Assembly: GCA_963813675.1 (NCBI GenBank)
Contig: CAWEZP010000003.1
Location: 23,378-87,377, forward strand
From: Candidatus Bathyarchaeota archaeon
GTDB taxonomy: Archaea > Thermoproteota > Bathyarchaeia > Bathyarchaeales > Bathycorpusculaceae
DNA: 64,000 nt
Direction of reading: 5' to 3'
Made by a program: the position numbers and the translations under genes. Within the stretch, counting starts at the first letter, position 1; every line of letters begins with the position of its first letter. A model generated the notes under the pieces. It had not been told where the DNA came from and searched no databases. It saw only the letters and a program-made list of their open reading frames with translations. Positions 31,591 through 40,210 of the stretch are shown piece by piece.

Positions 31591-31932
31591 CTAAGCCCAA
31601 CGAAACGGCCATTGTGAACGTTGAAACAGCTCCGTTGAGAATACGCGGTAATTCTTAATTTTTGGAGGGCTATCGATTGAATCTTCGACTCTTTTGAGCG
31701 CTTGGGCAAATACTTCTTTTTCAGACCTTTTTAATGCTTCTTCATCTATCCATAGAGTTAGGATTGTTACCACGTTGGGGTCGTCTACATCGAGTAATGA
31801 AATGGCGCCACGAAAACCCTCTGTTTGATGCGCTAAAGTGTTTAGCATAACATCTAGTTCGGAAAAACCCTTTTCGCTTTTACCTTCCTTAAAATACCAC
31901 ACAGTCATTCTGGCTAAAACCACAAAATTCAC
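31591..31932 (-). CDS. ABM/dimeric alpha-beta barrel domain protein
   Basis: ARMTVWYFKEGK..GFRGAISLL..ILTLWIDEEAL pattern. Confidence 0.75.
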   Translation of the reverse strand: MNFVVLARMTVWYFKEGKSEKGFSELDVMLNTLAHQTEGFRGAISLLDVDDPNVVTILTLWIDEEALKRSEKEVFAQALKRVEDSIDSPPKIKNYRVFSTELFQRSQWPFRWA

Positions 31933-32057
31933 CTAAACTATTATTTGTAATTTCTCTTTTATAAGCATTAACAGTTCTCTATTAAAAACTCTTTTTTTTG
32001 TAACGGTTAAAGTTTAATACTTATTTCTACGCTGTCCCGCACACTTAACTGAAACCG

Positions 32058-32429
32058 CTACAATAGTTGCCCGAGTTGCGAACATAATTCCAAGTAATTT
32101 CCCCTTTGTTCAGCAAAAACTCCCGCATTAATCGCAAAAACAACAGCGCCCTTCTGCCGATTATCCTCAGCTAACTTGAGGTACTGGAAATACTGTTTTT
32201 TTTCGGCGTCGATGAATTCAAAATCAAACTTTCTTTCCAAGTGGGAATCACCTCCAAGGCGTCGCCAGTGATAATCTTGACTTTTGGCGAAAATGTTGTC
32301 TGAACGATATTTTTCCCTGCTGACTTTTTTCGTCCCGTTGGATTTTAATAGTGATAATCTCAGATTTTTCCTCATTTCTTTACCCATGAGAATTGGCGAG
32401 TAACCAATCAATGGATCCACTTTAAACAC
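32058..32429 (-). CDS. Hypothetical protein, probably a frameshifted fragment
   Basis: 123-aa ORF downstream of msrA; coding-like sequence continues upstream in other frames. Confidence 0.35.
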   Translation of the reverse strand: MFKVDPLIGYSPILMGKEMRKNLRLSLLKSNGTKKVSREKYRSDNIFAKSQDYHWRRLGGDSHLERKFDFEFIDAEKKQYFQYLKLAEDNRQKGAVVFAINAGVFAEQRGNYLELCSQLGQLL

Positions 32430-32568
32430 ATGTTTGGGTTTTGCTTTTCGTTTTTCCTCCGCAGTAACTTGCCCATGTTTGATCTAATGATTGGTAGAAA
32501 TCCTTTTTTCAACGCTGCTTTAATCTGTCTTACAACTTCAATACTGCTCAAAGTAGTTTGAGTTGTTA

Positions 32569-33132
32569 TTAGGGCAACTTGATTTTATCTATAAAGTGAG
32601 CTTGTAACTTTGCGATTTTGGGGGCGATGACTGCTTGGCAATAGGGCTCTTTAGGGTGCCTTTTGTAGTAATCTTTGTGGTAGGTTTCAGCGTTATAGAA
32701 CACTTTCAAGGGTTCAACTTTGGTTACGATTGGCTTGTTCCAGATTTCCTCCTTTGTTAATTCCTCAATTAGTTTTTCTGCTGTGGCTTTTTGTTCTGGG
32801 GTGCTATAGAAGATGGCTGAGCGATATTGTGTTCCAATGTCCGCACCTTGGCGATTGAGCGTTGTTGGGTCATGCATGGTGAAGAATATCTCCAAAATAT
32901 CTTTGTAGGTGATGTTTTTTGGGTCAAAAAATATTTGCGCTGCCTCTGCGTGCCCGGTGGTACCTGTGGAAACCTCTTCGTACGAAGGGTCCGGTACCGT
33001 GCCGCCCGTGTAGCCAGGCTCTATTCGTTCCACGCCTTTAATAATGCTGAACGCTGCTTCGGTACACCAAAAACAGCCGCCCGCTAAGGTGGCGACTTCC
33101 AAGTTTTTGTTTTCGCTATGTGGTTGACTCAT
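32569..33132 (-). CDS. msrA: Peptide methionine sulfoxide reductase A
   Basis: GGCFWC, GYTGG, HDPTTLNRQGADIGTQYRS, AETYHKDYY. Confidence 0.97.
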   Translation of the reverse strand: MSQPHSENKNLEVATLAGGCFWCTEAAFSIIKGVERIEPGYTGGTVPDPSYEEVSTGTTGHAEAAQIFFDPKNITYKDILEIFFTMHDPTTLNRQGADIGTQYRSAIFYSTPEQKATAEKLIEELTKEEIWNKPIVTKVEPLKVFYNAETYHKDYYKRHPKEPYCQAVIAPKIAKLQAHFIDKIKLP

Positions 33133-33368
33133 AAATAACGGCCTATATTCTATTGCTGTGCAGATTGAGAACTTAATTGTTTGTGGCTGTCATGGCACAA
33201 TAACTTACTTTCTGTTAAACCTCTTAAGAGGTGCTCTATCTGCGTTAGGAGTGTTATCAGGAATATTTTGCATGCTATCCTATACTCGAAAATTTATTTG
33301 CTCTAAAACGGAAAATACTCTCTGTCGTTAGCTTATCATCTTTTAGTGCTTCTTGTGTAGTGTCTTTG

Positions 33369-33872
33369 TTAAAAGCGTGATAATAATTTCCTTGTTAATG
33401 AAGAAACTTTCTTATCTGTAACTGGAAGGCCTGTTTTTTTCGCGACTATTTCTAAAAATTCTTTTACGATGGTTTGGGCAGCTTTTCCTATTTCTTCTGG
33501 AACAATCGTTTCTTTGGTGCAAATACCTTTGCAGTTTATCACTGCAAGCGGGTTTACGTCGACAAAAATCCTATTTGTTTTATTATCGTAATCTTTGATA
33601 ATAAATGGGTCCAAGACGCATATTGACGGTTTGAAATCGTGAATCTTACAAGTGTTTTCTTCGGTTAAGAAGAAACAGCTTCCGTCTTTCTTTCTGCGAA
33701 TGTTCCTGTTAGAAGGGTCATTAGGGTCTTCCAAGAAATTCACGAATCCTTTGGCTTCAATTCGTTGTTGTTCTTTCAAATTGATATCCGGTGGCTCGTC
33801 TCTGCAACAAACTCCACAATTCCTACAATGAAAGCCTACTGAATCTGGAAATATGACATTTTCATATTGCAT
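33369..33872 (-). CDS. YkgJ family Cys-cluster protein
   Basis: CRNCGVCC, CFFL..CKIHDFKPSICVLDPF, CKGI. Confidence 0.88.
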   Translation of the reverse strand: MQYENVIFPDSVGFHCRNCGVCCRDEPPDINLKEQQRIEAKGFVNFLEDPNDPSNRNIRRKKDGSCFFLTEENTCKIHDFKPSICVLDPFIIKDYDNKTNRIFVDVNPLAVINCKGICTKETIVPEEIGKAAQTIVKEFLEIVAKKTGLPVTDKKVSSLTRKLLSRF

Positions 33873-34047
33873 TGTTACCCATACCTATTAAGAGCTAAAT
33901 GGGCAAAAACGCAGTTAAACTTTTCAATTCGCCTTCTGAAATGTACATCTTAGCGTTTAGCAAACATTATTTTCCTATTGAGTGTGCGTAATCGCTTGGG
34001 CTACATTTTAGACTAACTGCTGAAAAAACCTAAGCTGCGAGGCGTAG

Positions 34048-34173
34048 TTAATTCATGCCGCCAGGATTGTATGGATTGTAATTCTTGCATTCAGGGTCGA
34101 ATAAACGCAGTGCTTCTTTTGGTTTTCCCGAACCAATTAAATTAAGAACTTCGAAGGAAATTTTCTTGCGCAT
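34048..34173 (-). pseudogene. Possible N-terminal remnant of a SnoaL/NTF2-like protein
   Basis: MRKKISFEVLNLIGSGKPKEALRLFDPECKNYNPYNPGGMN* resembles the SnoaL N-terminus (HNP-like motif). Confidence 0.3.
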
Positions 34174-34373
34174 CTTGTTCGCATCGTTTTCAGGTATAAT
34201 AAAAAGTGTTATGCTTTCCAAAATTTTACCTAAAAAAGCTGAGGTGTCAAAAATATTTAAACTTATTTACAAGCCATTTATCTTAATGATTCCAACTTCT
34301 TATCAGTTTGTAAATCAATAGCGGAATCCATTTTACCGCCTAAGTATTTACAAAATAGTAGGGTTTTCTCAAA

Positions 34374-35390
34374 GTGACGTATAACACGGAAAAAGTCAAT
34401 CAAAAGAATCTGCTGAACTCAATTCGGGTTACACCACTTGCTTCAGAAAGTTTCGGGGTCCGCTCAATGTGCACTCTGGTGGAAACTCAAGACGTAACAT
34501 TGCTTTTGGATGGGGGTATCTCGCTTTGTCCATACCGCTTCAACCTGCCACCCCACCCGATCGAGTTCCAAACTATAGCTGCCTTGCGAAAAACCATTGC
34601 AAAAGCCGCGGATAAAGCAACGGTAACAACGATTAGTCATTACCACTTCGATCATCACACCCCATCTTTCGAGGACTGGGTTGTAAATTGGACCGAAGAT
34701 GGTGAAACCGCACGTCAAATCTACCAAGACAAAATCATCCTTGCCAAGAATCCGGAGGAAAAAATCAACTCAAGTCAGCGTCAACGAGCTTGGATGTTTC
34801 AGAAAACAGGTGGTAAACACGCAAAAGTGGTGGAAGTGGCAGACCATCGAACTTTCATTTTTGGAAAGACTTCTCTGCGTTTTTCTGAGGCTGTGGCGCA
34901 TGGGTCTGAGGATTCTATGTTGGGTTGGGTAATAATGACGGTCGTCGAGCATGATGGGGAGCGGTTTATGTTTGCTCCTGACATTCAAGGACCGATTTCC
35001 ATGCATACGTTGGAGTTGATTTTGGCTGCCAAGCCCACAGTTATCATGATAGGTGGTCCACCGCTGTATCTTGGAGGCTTTCGCGTTGCGATCGCGCAGT
35101 TAGAGCAGGGACTGCGGAATCTGGAACAGATTGTTGAAGAGGTCCCCTTAGTTATTTTGGAGCATCATGCCCTTCGCGATGAAGCGTGGAGACCGAAAAT
35201 GGAAGCGGTTTTCCAGAAGGCTTCGCGGTCAGGGCACAGGATCGTAACCGCTGCCGAATACATAGGCAAGGAAAACTTGTTTTTGGAGTCCAAGCGAAAA
35301 CAGCTTTACCTCGACCAACCGCCGTCCGCTGAGTTTAAGATGTGGATGAAAACGTTAAACAACAAAAAAATCGCTAAGCCACCCATCTAA
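34374..35390 (+). CDS. UPF0282 family MBL-fold metallohydrolase
   Basis: ASESFGVRSM, ISHYHFDH, DIQGP, GGPPLY, EHHALRD. Confidence 0.9.
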   Translation: MTYNTEKVNQKNLLNSIRVTPLASESFGVRSMCTLVETQDVTLLLDGGISLCPYRFNLPPHPIEFQTIAALRKTIAKAADKATVTTISHYHFDHHTPSFEDWVVNWTEDGETARQIYQDKIILAKNPEEKINSSQRQRAWMFQKTGGKHAKVVEVADHRTFIFGKTSLRFSEAVAHGSEDSMLGWVIMTVVEHDGERFMFAPDIQGPISMHTLELILAAKPTVIMIGGPPLYLGGFRVAIAQLEQGLRNLEQIVEEVPLVILEHHALRDEAWRPKMEAVFQKASRSGHRIVTAAEYIGKENLFLESKRKQLYLDQPPSAEFKMWMKTLNNKKIAKPPI

Positions 35391-35441
35391 TCTTCGTTTT
35401 GGTGGAAACCAAAACAAAATAGCAAAGAAAATTTATGGCTA

Positions 35442-35720
35442 ATGTTTGAATTAAGTTTAGCTGCATTTGTTGCGTCGCTGGTCTTTGTTGTTTTGGCAGA
35501 GATGGGGTCGAAATAGTCATCGGGTTATATTGTGTAAGAGGATTTCGCAAGTGTAAGATTAAGTGCTTTTCCGCCATTATTTTTGTTCTGTTCGGGTTGG
35601 TAGGCTTATACGAGGTTTTTTCGGTTAAAGTAGGCTTAGGTTATACAACTTTGATTTTGGCAATTCTCATAGCTCTTCTGCTTATGCAATCTACATTATT
35701 TCTAAGGCAAAAGCCATAGA
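35442..35720 (+). pseudogene. Internally deleted TMEM165/GDT1 (UPF0016) remnant
   Basis: MFELSLAAFVASLVFVVLAEMGSK* (EMGDK-like motif), followed shortly by KIKCFSAIIFVLFGLVGLYEVF hydrophobic C-terminal segment. Confidence 0.55.
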
Positions 35721-35821
35721 AGATTCCAAGGTTTGCCAAAAACCCGTTGACCTTTAGAGATTTATTAGGAAAGACTATAGGGTAAAGAACAAGCCTCAGA
35801 GTGGAGAGGTTTCTTTGAGAA

Positions 35822-36514
35822 TTAGCGTTTTTTAATGTTGGTTAATTTTGTCTTTGACGTTTTTCTTGGCTTTCCCATTACAGCTGCCTTCCTAAGATCC
35901 AAGGGGGTATTTATGTAAAAAAAGGTCTTAAAATCAGGATCCAATTGTTCAATCACCATCGTAGAAATATAACGGACTCCACACAACTTTTCCACCATCG
36001 TTTGCATATCAGATCCATCTTCCGCTAACGCTTCTTTAGTAGCTTGAAGTGCTTGTTTTGTGTTATAAACAGCGTGCAAGGGTTCAATCTCTTGGTCTGT
36101 CCATCTTGGAACTGCAGCTGCTTTCCCAAGGCAACAATCCAAAAGCAAAGACAAGACTTCTGACGAAATAAACGGGCTGTCAAACCTTAGAAGTGCAGAG
36201 TACTCGCCATTAGCAGCTTCAAAACCTGTTAAGGCACCGACTAAAGGTCCTTTGGATTCGCTAACATCAACGGCAAACCTGACTTTTTTGGAGAAAACCA
36301 ACTTTGAATATGAATCTGCTTGTTCTTGAGAGCTTGTAACAACGATTACTTCTTCCACAAGTTTTTCAACGGCATCAATTACATATTGGAGCAAGGGTTT
36401 GCCTCCTAATTCTAAAATGCCTTTGTAGCTTGTGAATCCTTTTGAGGAACCGCCTGCCAGTATAATCGCTGATCTGTTCAATTTAATGCATCTCCAATTA
36501 AGAAATTCTAGCAC
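35822..36514 (-). CDS. mobA: Molybdenum cofactor guanylyltransferase-like protein
   Basis: AIILAGGSS, KGPLVGALTG, EPLHAVY, INTPLDL. Confidence 0.88.
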   Translation of the reverse strand: MLEFLNWRCIKLNRSAIILAGGSSKGFTSYKGILELGGKPLLQYVIDAVEKLVEEVIVVTSSQEQADSYSKLVFSKKVRFAVDVSESKGPLVGALTGFEAANGEYSALLRFDSPFISSEVLSLLLDCCLGKAAAVPRWTDQEIEPLHAVYNTKQALQATKEALAEDGSDMQTMVEKLCGVRYISTMVIEQLDPDFKTFFYINTPLDLRKAAVMGKPRKTSKTKLTNIKKR

Positions 36515-36561
36515 GTGCCGTATTGTTTAAGCTTTTTCGTAAAGAAAATGAAAGGAGTTGG

Positions 36562-37341
36562 CTAGTTTACTTCATTATCCTCTATTTTTCTAGCCATCTC
36601 AGCTAATATCTTGGTGAAAGGATGGTCTGGTTTATCTTGGACGAAAATTAGGTTTCCTTCTGCTCTGAGAATTTCGCAGAAGCACGGCACCATTCCGAGC
36701 ATTGGAACTTGATAGTCAGTTTTGATTTTGTTTTGCATTTCAGTTTTCTTAGCCGTTATAGAGGTGTCGAGTACTTTGTTTAGGACCAAACCTGTTTTCT
36801 TTTCAAATAAGTTGTATAGTTCTGCTAACATGCGTTTTGTTCCGTCAACGTCTGATCTGTCTCCTGTTGTTGCTACAACCACGAAGTCAGCAGCTACAAT
36901 GGCGTTAATGGATGAATACTGTAGACCTGGGCTGGTGTCAAAGAACAAGTAGTCAAATTTCTGGTCTTTGAGCATCGATTCTCTAAGCGCGAGAAGGCGA
37001 CCTAAAGCACGCATTTCCCATTTGCGATCTTTTGATGATATGTCCCGGATTGCTTCGGTTGAAGGGTTTGCTAAGCATGTGTAAAATTTGCCGTTTCCAG
37101 GTACTCTGCTGCTTAAATCTATTAGGGTTTTGTCTATTTCGCATGTGTTATTTAGGTAATCGTTAAACCAGAAATCGGCGTTAGGAGTTTTGAGTATAGC
37201 AAATAAGCTTGGGGCTCTGAAGTCAAGGTCGAAGATGCAAACTTTTTTGCCCATTTTGGCGAATGTGGCAGCCAAATTGACTGAGAGGAGGGTTTTTCCT
37301 GTTCCACCCTTGTATGAATGAAACGCAACAATCTTGCTCAT
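36562..37341 (-). CDS. MinD/ParA family ATPase
   Basis: Deviant Walker A SYKGGTGKT, DLDFRAP, FDTSPG. Confidence 0.92.
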   Translation of the reverse strand: MSKIVAFHSYKGGTGKTLLSVNLAATFAKMGKKVCIFDLDFRAPSLFAILKTPNADFWFNDYLNNTCEIDKTLIDLSSRVPGNGKFYTCLANPSTEAIRDISSKDRKWEMRALGRLLALRESMLKDQKFDYLFFDTSPGLQYSSINAIVAADFVVVATTGDRSDVDGTKRMLAELYNLFEKKTGLVLNKVLDTSITAKKTEMQNKIKTDYQVPMLGMVPCFCEILRAEGNLIFVQDKPDHPFTKILAEMARKIEDNEVN

Positions 37342-37345
37342 ATTC

Positions 37346-37771
37346 TCAACTCTGAATTTCCTTATCTATGAAAAAGTAGGCTTTTCTACCCTTTCGTTCT
37401 TTCTTTAAGTACCCCATAATCACTAATTGATTAAGATATGCACTTTCCACAGCTCTAGCGCGTTTAGTTTGTTCAGCGATTTCTTCAGCAGTTGCTCGAC
37501 TGCATCTGCAAATTGCCATTGCTGTTTTTCGTAAATGGTCAGGCATGGATAGAAGTGTCATTACATCTAGTGATGCATCGGGTAATGAGAGGGATGCTTT
37601 TTCGTAGTTGGGGTTGGCGTTGCCGTTTTTTTGGATTTCGATCATTATTTCCACTTTGTCATTAAGCTTCTCGAGGGTTAATTCTATTTTTTCTAGAATG
37701 GTTAAAGGTTTTTTATTTGATTGTTCGTTTTTGATCAAGTGTCTTCCTCGAGTTGTTATTCGTGTGTACAC
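37346..37771 (-). CDS. Coiled-coil + winged-helix DNA-binding protein
   Basis: N-terminal heptads; ATAEEIAEQTKRARAVESAYLNQLVIMGYLKKERKGRKAYF wHTH. Confidence 0.8.
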   Translation of the reverse strand: MYTRITTRGRHLIKNEQSNKKPLTILEKIELTLEKLNDKVEIMIEIQKNGNANPNYEKASLSLPDASLDVMTLLSMPDHLRKTAMAICRCSRATAEEIAEQTKRARAVESAYLNQLVIMGYLKKERKGRKAYFFIDKEIQS

Positions 37772-37928
37772 TTAGACAGTTTAAGCCCGTGTGTTTATTA
37801 AGTCTTGCGACATTATAGTACTTATTTGAGCTAACTAACCTAAAAATACAAACGGTTTAAAGTGAATTAAAAGGAAGCAAAAATATTTTATTAGGGTTAA
37901 TGATGTTTTAAAGAATTAAACATATGAG

Positions 37929-38222
37929 TTAGTAGGGAATCGGAGTTTGGTTTCTTGCTTCCTCTACTATAGGTAAGACTTCTTTTAGTTCTTTGAAGTA
38001 CTTTAATACCGTAATACCCCGTTGCGTAACCGCGAATACCATGCGAGCTTTTCCAAGGGTGCGTTCTTCAACTAGACCTTGCTTTATAAGAAATTCTAGG
38101 TATTCTTTAAGGACGCTACAGTTAACGTTTGCTTTGTACATAACATGAGTTAACTTAAGTGGTCCTCGATGGGCAAGCACCGTAAGAATGTCGACATACA
38201 TTTCAAGTTTTGACCGACGCAC
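37929..38222 (-). CDS. Archaeal winged-helix regulator (HTH_45/ArnR1-like)
   Basis: RRSKLEMYVDIL, THVMYKANVN, VTQRGITVL. Confidence 0.88.
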   Translation of the reverse strand: MRRSKLEMYVDILTVLAHRGPLKLTHVMYKANVNCSVLKEYLEFLIKQGLVEERTLGKARMVFAVTQRGITVLKYFKELKEVLPIVEEARNQTPIPY

Positions 38223-38310
38223 TTTTGTTTTCCTCTTTTTTTGTTAAATGATTCGTTTTATTATAAATGATTTATGTATTGATAATTAGTGCTTTTAACC
38301 ATCTTAGCGA

Positions 38311-38490
38311 TTAATTTGCAGTTATTCTTGTAGCGTTGTTTAACACATTTAATCTATTTTCGAAGGCTGTAACCATGTCATCTAGCAATATTTCACGCAA
38401 TTCTGTAGACAAACTGTTGATTTCGTCATCAAAAACATTAGCTAATTTTGCTTCTAATTCTTTCCTATCTTTTTCTGGTATTTGTTTCAT
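38311..38490 (-). CDS. Small helical hypothetical protein
   Basis: MKQIPEKDRKELEAKLANVF..LREILLDDMVTAFENRL; GGAGG SD upstream. Confidence 0.7.
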   Translation of the reverse strand: MKQIPEKDRKELEAKLANVFDDEINSLSTELREILLDDMVTAFENRLNVLNNATRITAN

Positions 38491-38818
38491 ACACTTTTCC
38501 TCCCACTTATATGACAAACCAGAAAGGCTGAAGGTATTTAACTAACTTATGAAAGCAACATACTTATCCAAAATTAATACCTAAAAACAAAACCTTCTCA
38601 TTGAACATTTAATATTCAGAGAGCACCGCATAAACATATTTCTTGTTTTTCTTCAAAAGCAATGGGAAAAATAGTTACATTGTCTTTTTTTGGTAGTTTA
38701 TGTAGCATTTTGTAATTTCCTTTTTGGTAACCGATAGTGTACAAACCCCAACCCATTATGAATATAGAGATTAGCGCGGGATACGTTATAGTAAAAATCT
38801 CTGGTTTTGAGTAAGTGT

Positions 38819-38865
38819 TGGTGCGGTCGTCGAGATTTGAACCCGGGTCGTCAGCGTGGCACGCT
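38819..38865 (-). mobile_element. Degenerate 3' half of tRNA-Gly(GCC); att-like integration scar
   Basis: Minus strand AGCGTGCCACGCTGACGACCCGGGTTCAAATCTCGACGACCGCACCA: anticodon loop, T arm with mismatch, acceptor 3' strand plus CCA; no D arm or 5' half. Confidence 0.8.
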
Positions 38866-38974
38866 CTTTTCGTAAAATGAACATAATTTTGTTTGTTTAT
38901 TTCTTGAATTTCTGTTTAAACTAAAAGAGCTATAATTAGTTTGGGTGGATAAAACATAAAATTGATTATGACAG

Positions 38975-39048
38975 TGCGGGAACCGGGATTTGAACCCGAG
39001 TCCTAGACTTGGCAAGCCTATGTACTAACCAAGCTGTACTATTCCCGC
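38975..39048 (-). tRNA. tRNA-Gly(GCC), atypical AT-rich body
   Basis: GCGGGAA/TTCCCGC acceptor, GTAC/GTAC D stem, TAGGC-TTGCCAA-GTCTA anticodon arm, TCGGG-TTCAAAT-CCCGG T arm, A73, no encoded CCA. Confidence 0.88.
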
Positions 39049-39195
39049 ATGTAGCGCTCGCAACGCCACAATTTAATCACTTCCTATACTTGTATGTTTC
39101 TTTGTTTTTAGAGACTTTTCTATTATTCTCTTTCTAATTTTTATACAGTCTGGAACGCGCAAAGTTTTTTTAAAGATTGAATATAAGATCCATCA

Positions 39196-39480
39196 TTAAG
39201 AATTGCCTACTTTCTTCTTCTGCAAAAAACATTTATGCTGAAATAGATCAAAAAACAGAAAAAAGAGTGAAAAGTAGGAGTGATTAAGGGTAACTGTTTT
39301 AGTTGTATGAGTGAACTCAAGCTTAGAAGAAAAAAAAATTTTCTGTGGAAAAACTGTCTGTCTTTTTTCTTTCACAATCTTAACTTTTAAATCCCAGTCG
39401 AACACCTTTTGTCCAATAAAGTCAAGCGTTTTCACCATGATTTTAAAAATCTCTTCAATACTTTTTCCTTCTTCAACCAA
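39196..39480 (-). CDS. Hypothetical protein (uncertain)
   Basis: N-terminal half is coding-like; C-terminal half runs into low-complexity AT sequence. Confidence 0.35.
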   Translation of the reverse strand: MVEEGKSIEEIFKIMVKTLDFIGQKVFDWDLKVKIVKEKRQTVFPQKIFFSSKLEFTHTTKTVTLNHSYFSLFFLFFDLFQHKCFLQKKKVGNS

Positions 39481-39553
39481 GTTAACGTATAGCTGAGCGC
39501 TTGACTAATTTTTATTCCTTTAAAAACCACTATTGTTAGCAATTGCGGCGTCA

Positions 39554-40069
39554 TTAGGGTAAGTAGTACCGGTTTTCTTTAACGATATTTATTTTAGTTT
39601 TTAGATCTGCAATTTCATCCTTCAAGGATAATGCAAGACTTCTAAGCTCTGTTACCTCATTTTGAAGGTCATTGACTTCAATCTTTAAAATTTTAACTTC
39701 ATTCACAAGTGCACTTTCAGTTTTGCGATTAACTTCTTCTGAAATCATTGGGCTCAAAGAGACCTCTACCATCTTGTCCCCACATGTTTGGGAAACCTCG
39801 CAAGGCATTAAAGAATTATTTTTGGGAATTGACGATTTAACCTCTTTTAACGCCTTTGCACGATCTTGATACGCATCAGACTGCTTAAGATAAATTTTAT
39901 TTAAGTTGGAATCTGGATGAAGTTCAACTAATTGCAAGAGACATTTAACCGCTTTCTCGAATAATATTATCGCTTCATCGTCTTTGCCTTCCTTTTCTAG
40001 TTTAATAGCTTCAAATGCAGACTCGGTTGCAGACTTTTGAAGTTCTGTTTCTTTCACCACAATTTTCAC
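39554..40069 (-). CDS. Stand-alone MIT-domain protein (CdvC/Vps4 N-terminus-like) with C-terminal coiled coil
   Basis: LQKSATESAFEAIKLEKEGKDDEAIILFEKAVKCLLQLVELHPDSNLNKIY..AYQDRAKAL matches the archaeal CdvC MIT pattern; no AAA domain. Confidence 0.78.
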   Translation of the reverse strand: MKIVVKETELQKSATESAFEAIKLEKEGKDDEAIILFEKAVKCLLQLVELHPDSNLNKIYLKQSDAYQDRAKALKEVKSSIPKNNSLMPCEVSQTCGDKMVEVSLSPMISEEVNRKTESALVNEVKILKIEVNDLQNEVTELRSLALSLKDEIADLKTKINIVKENRYYLP

Positions 40070-40210
40070 TTTAGTTAATAGTTGATTTCACTTAGTTAGG
40101 TAGTAGTTGTGTCTATACTTATTTTGCCTTACGCTTAAATCTCTCGTGTTTGCACTCTTTCATTTTCTTGCTTCACTTTCAATTAGGACCCTGCTTTTCA
40201 AAATGGTAGA

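Noticed and set aside
38698..38705. Extra TTATGTAG core (also TTATGTAA near 51662)
   Set aside because: Lacks the correctly spaced CTATA and TATAR flanks of the three-copy motif.
38819..38865. Trans-spliced split tRNA half
   Set aside because: T-stem mismatch, no GC-rich leader able to form a BHB helix, and no 5' half in the window; att remnant preferred.
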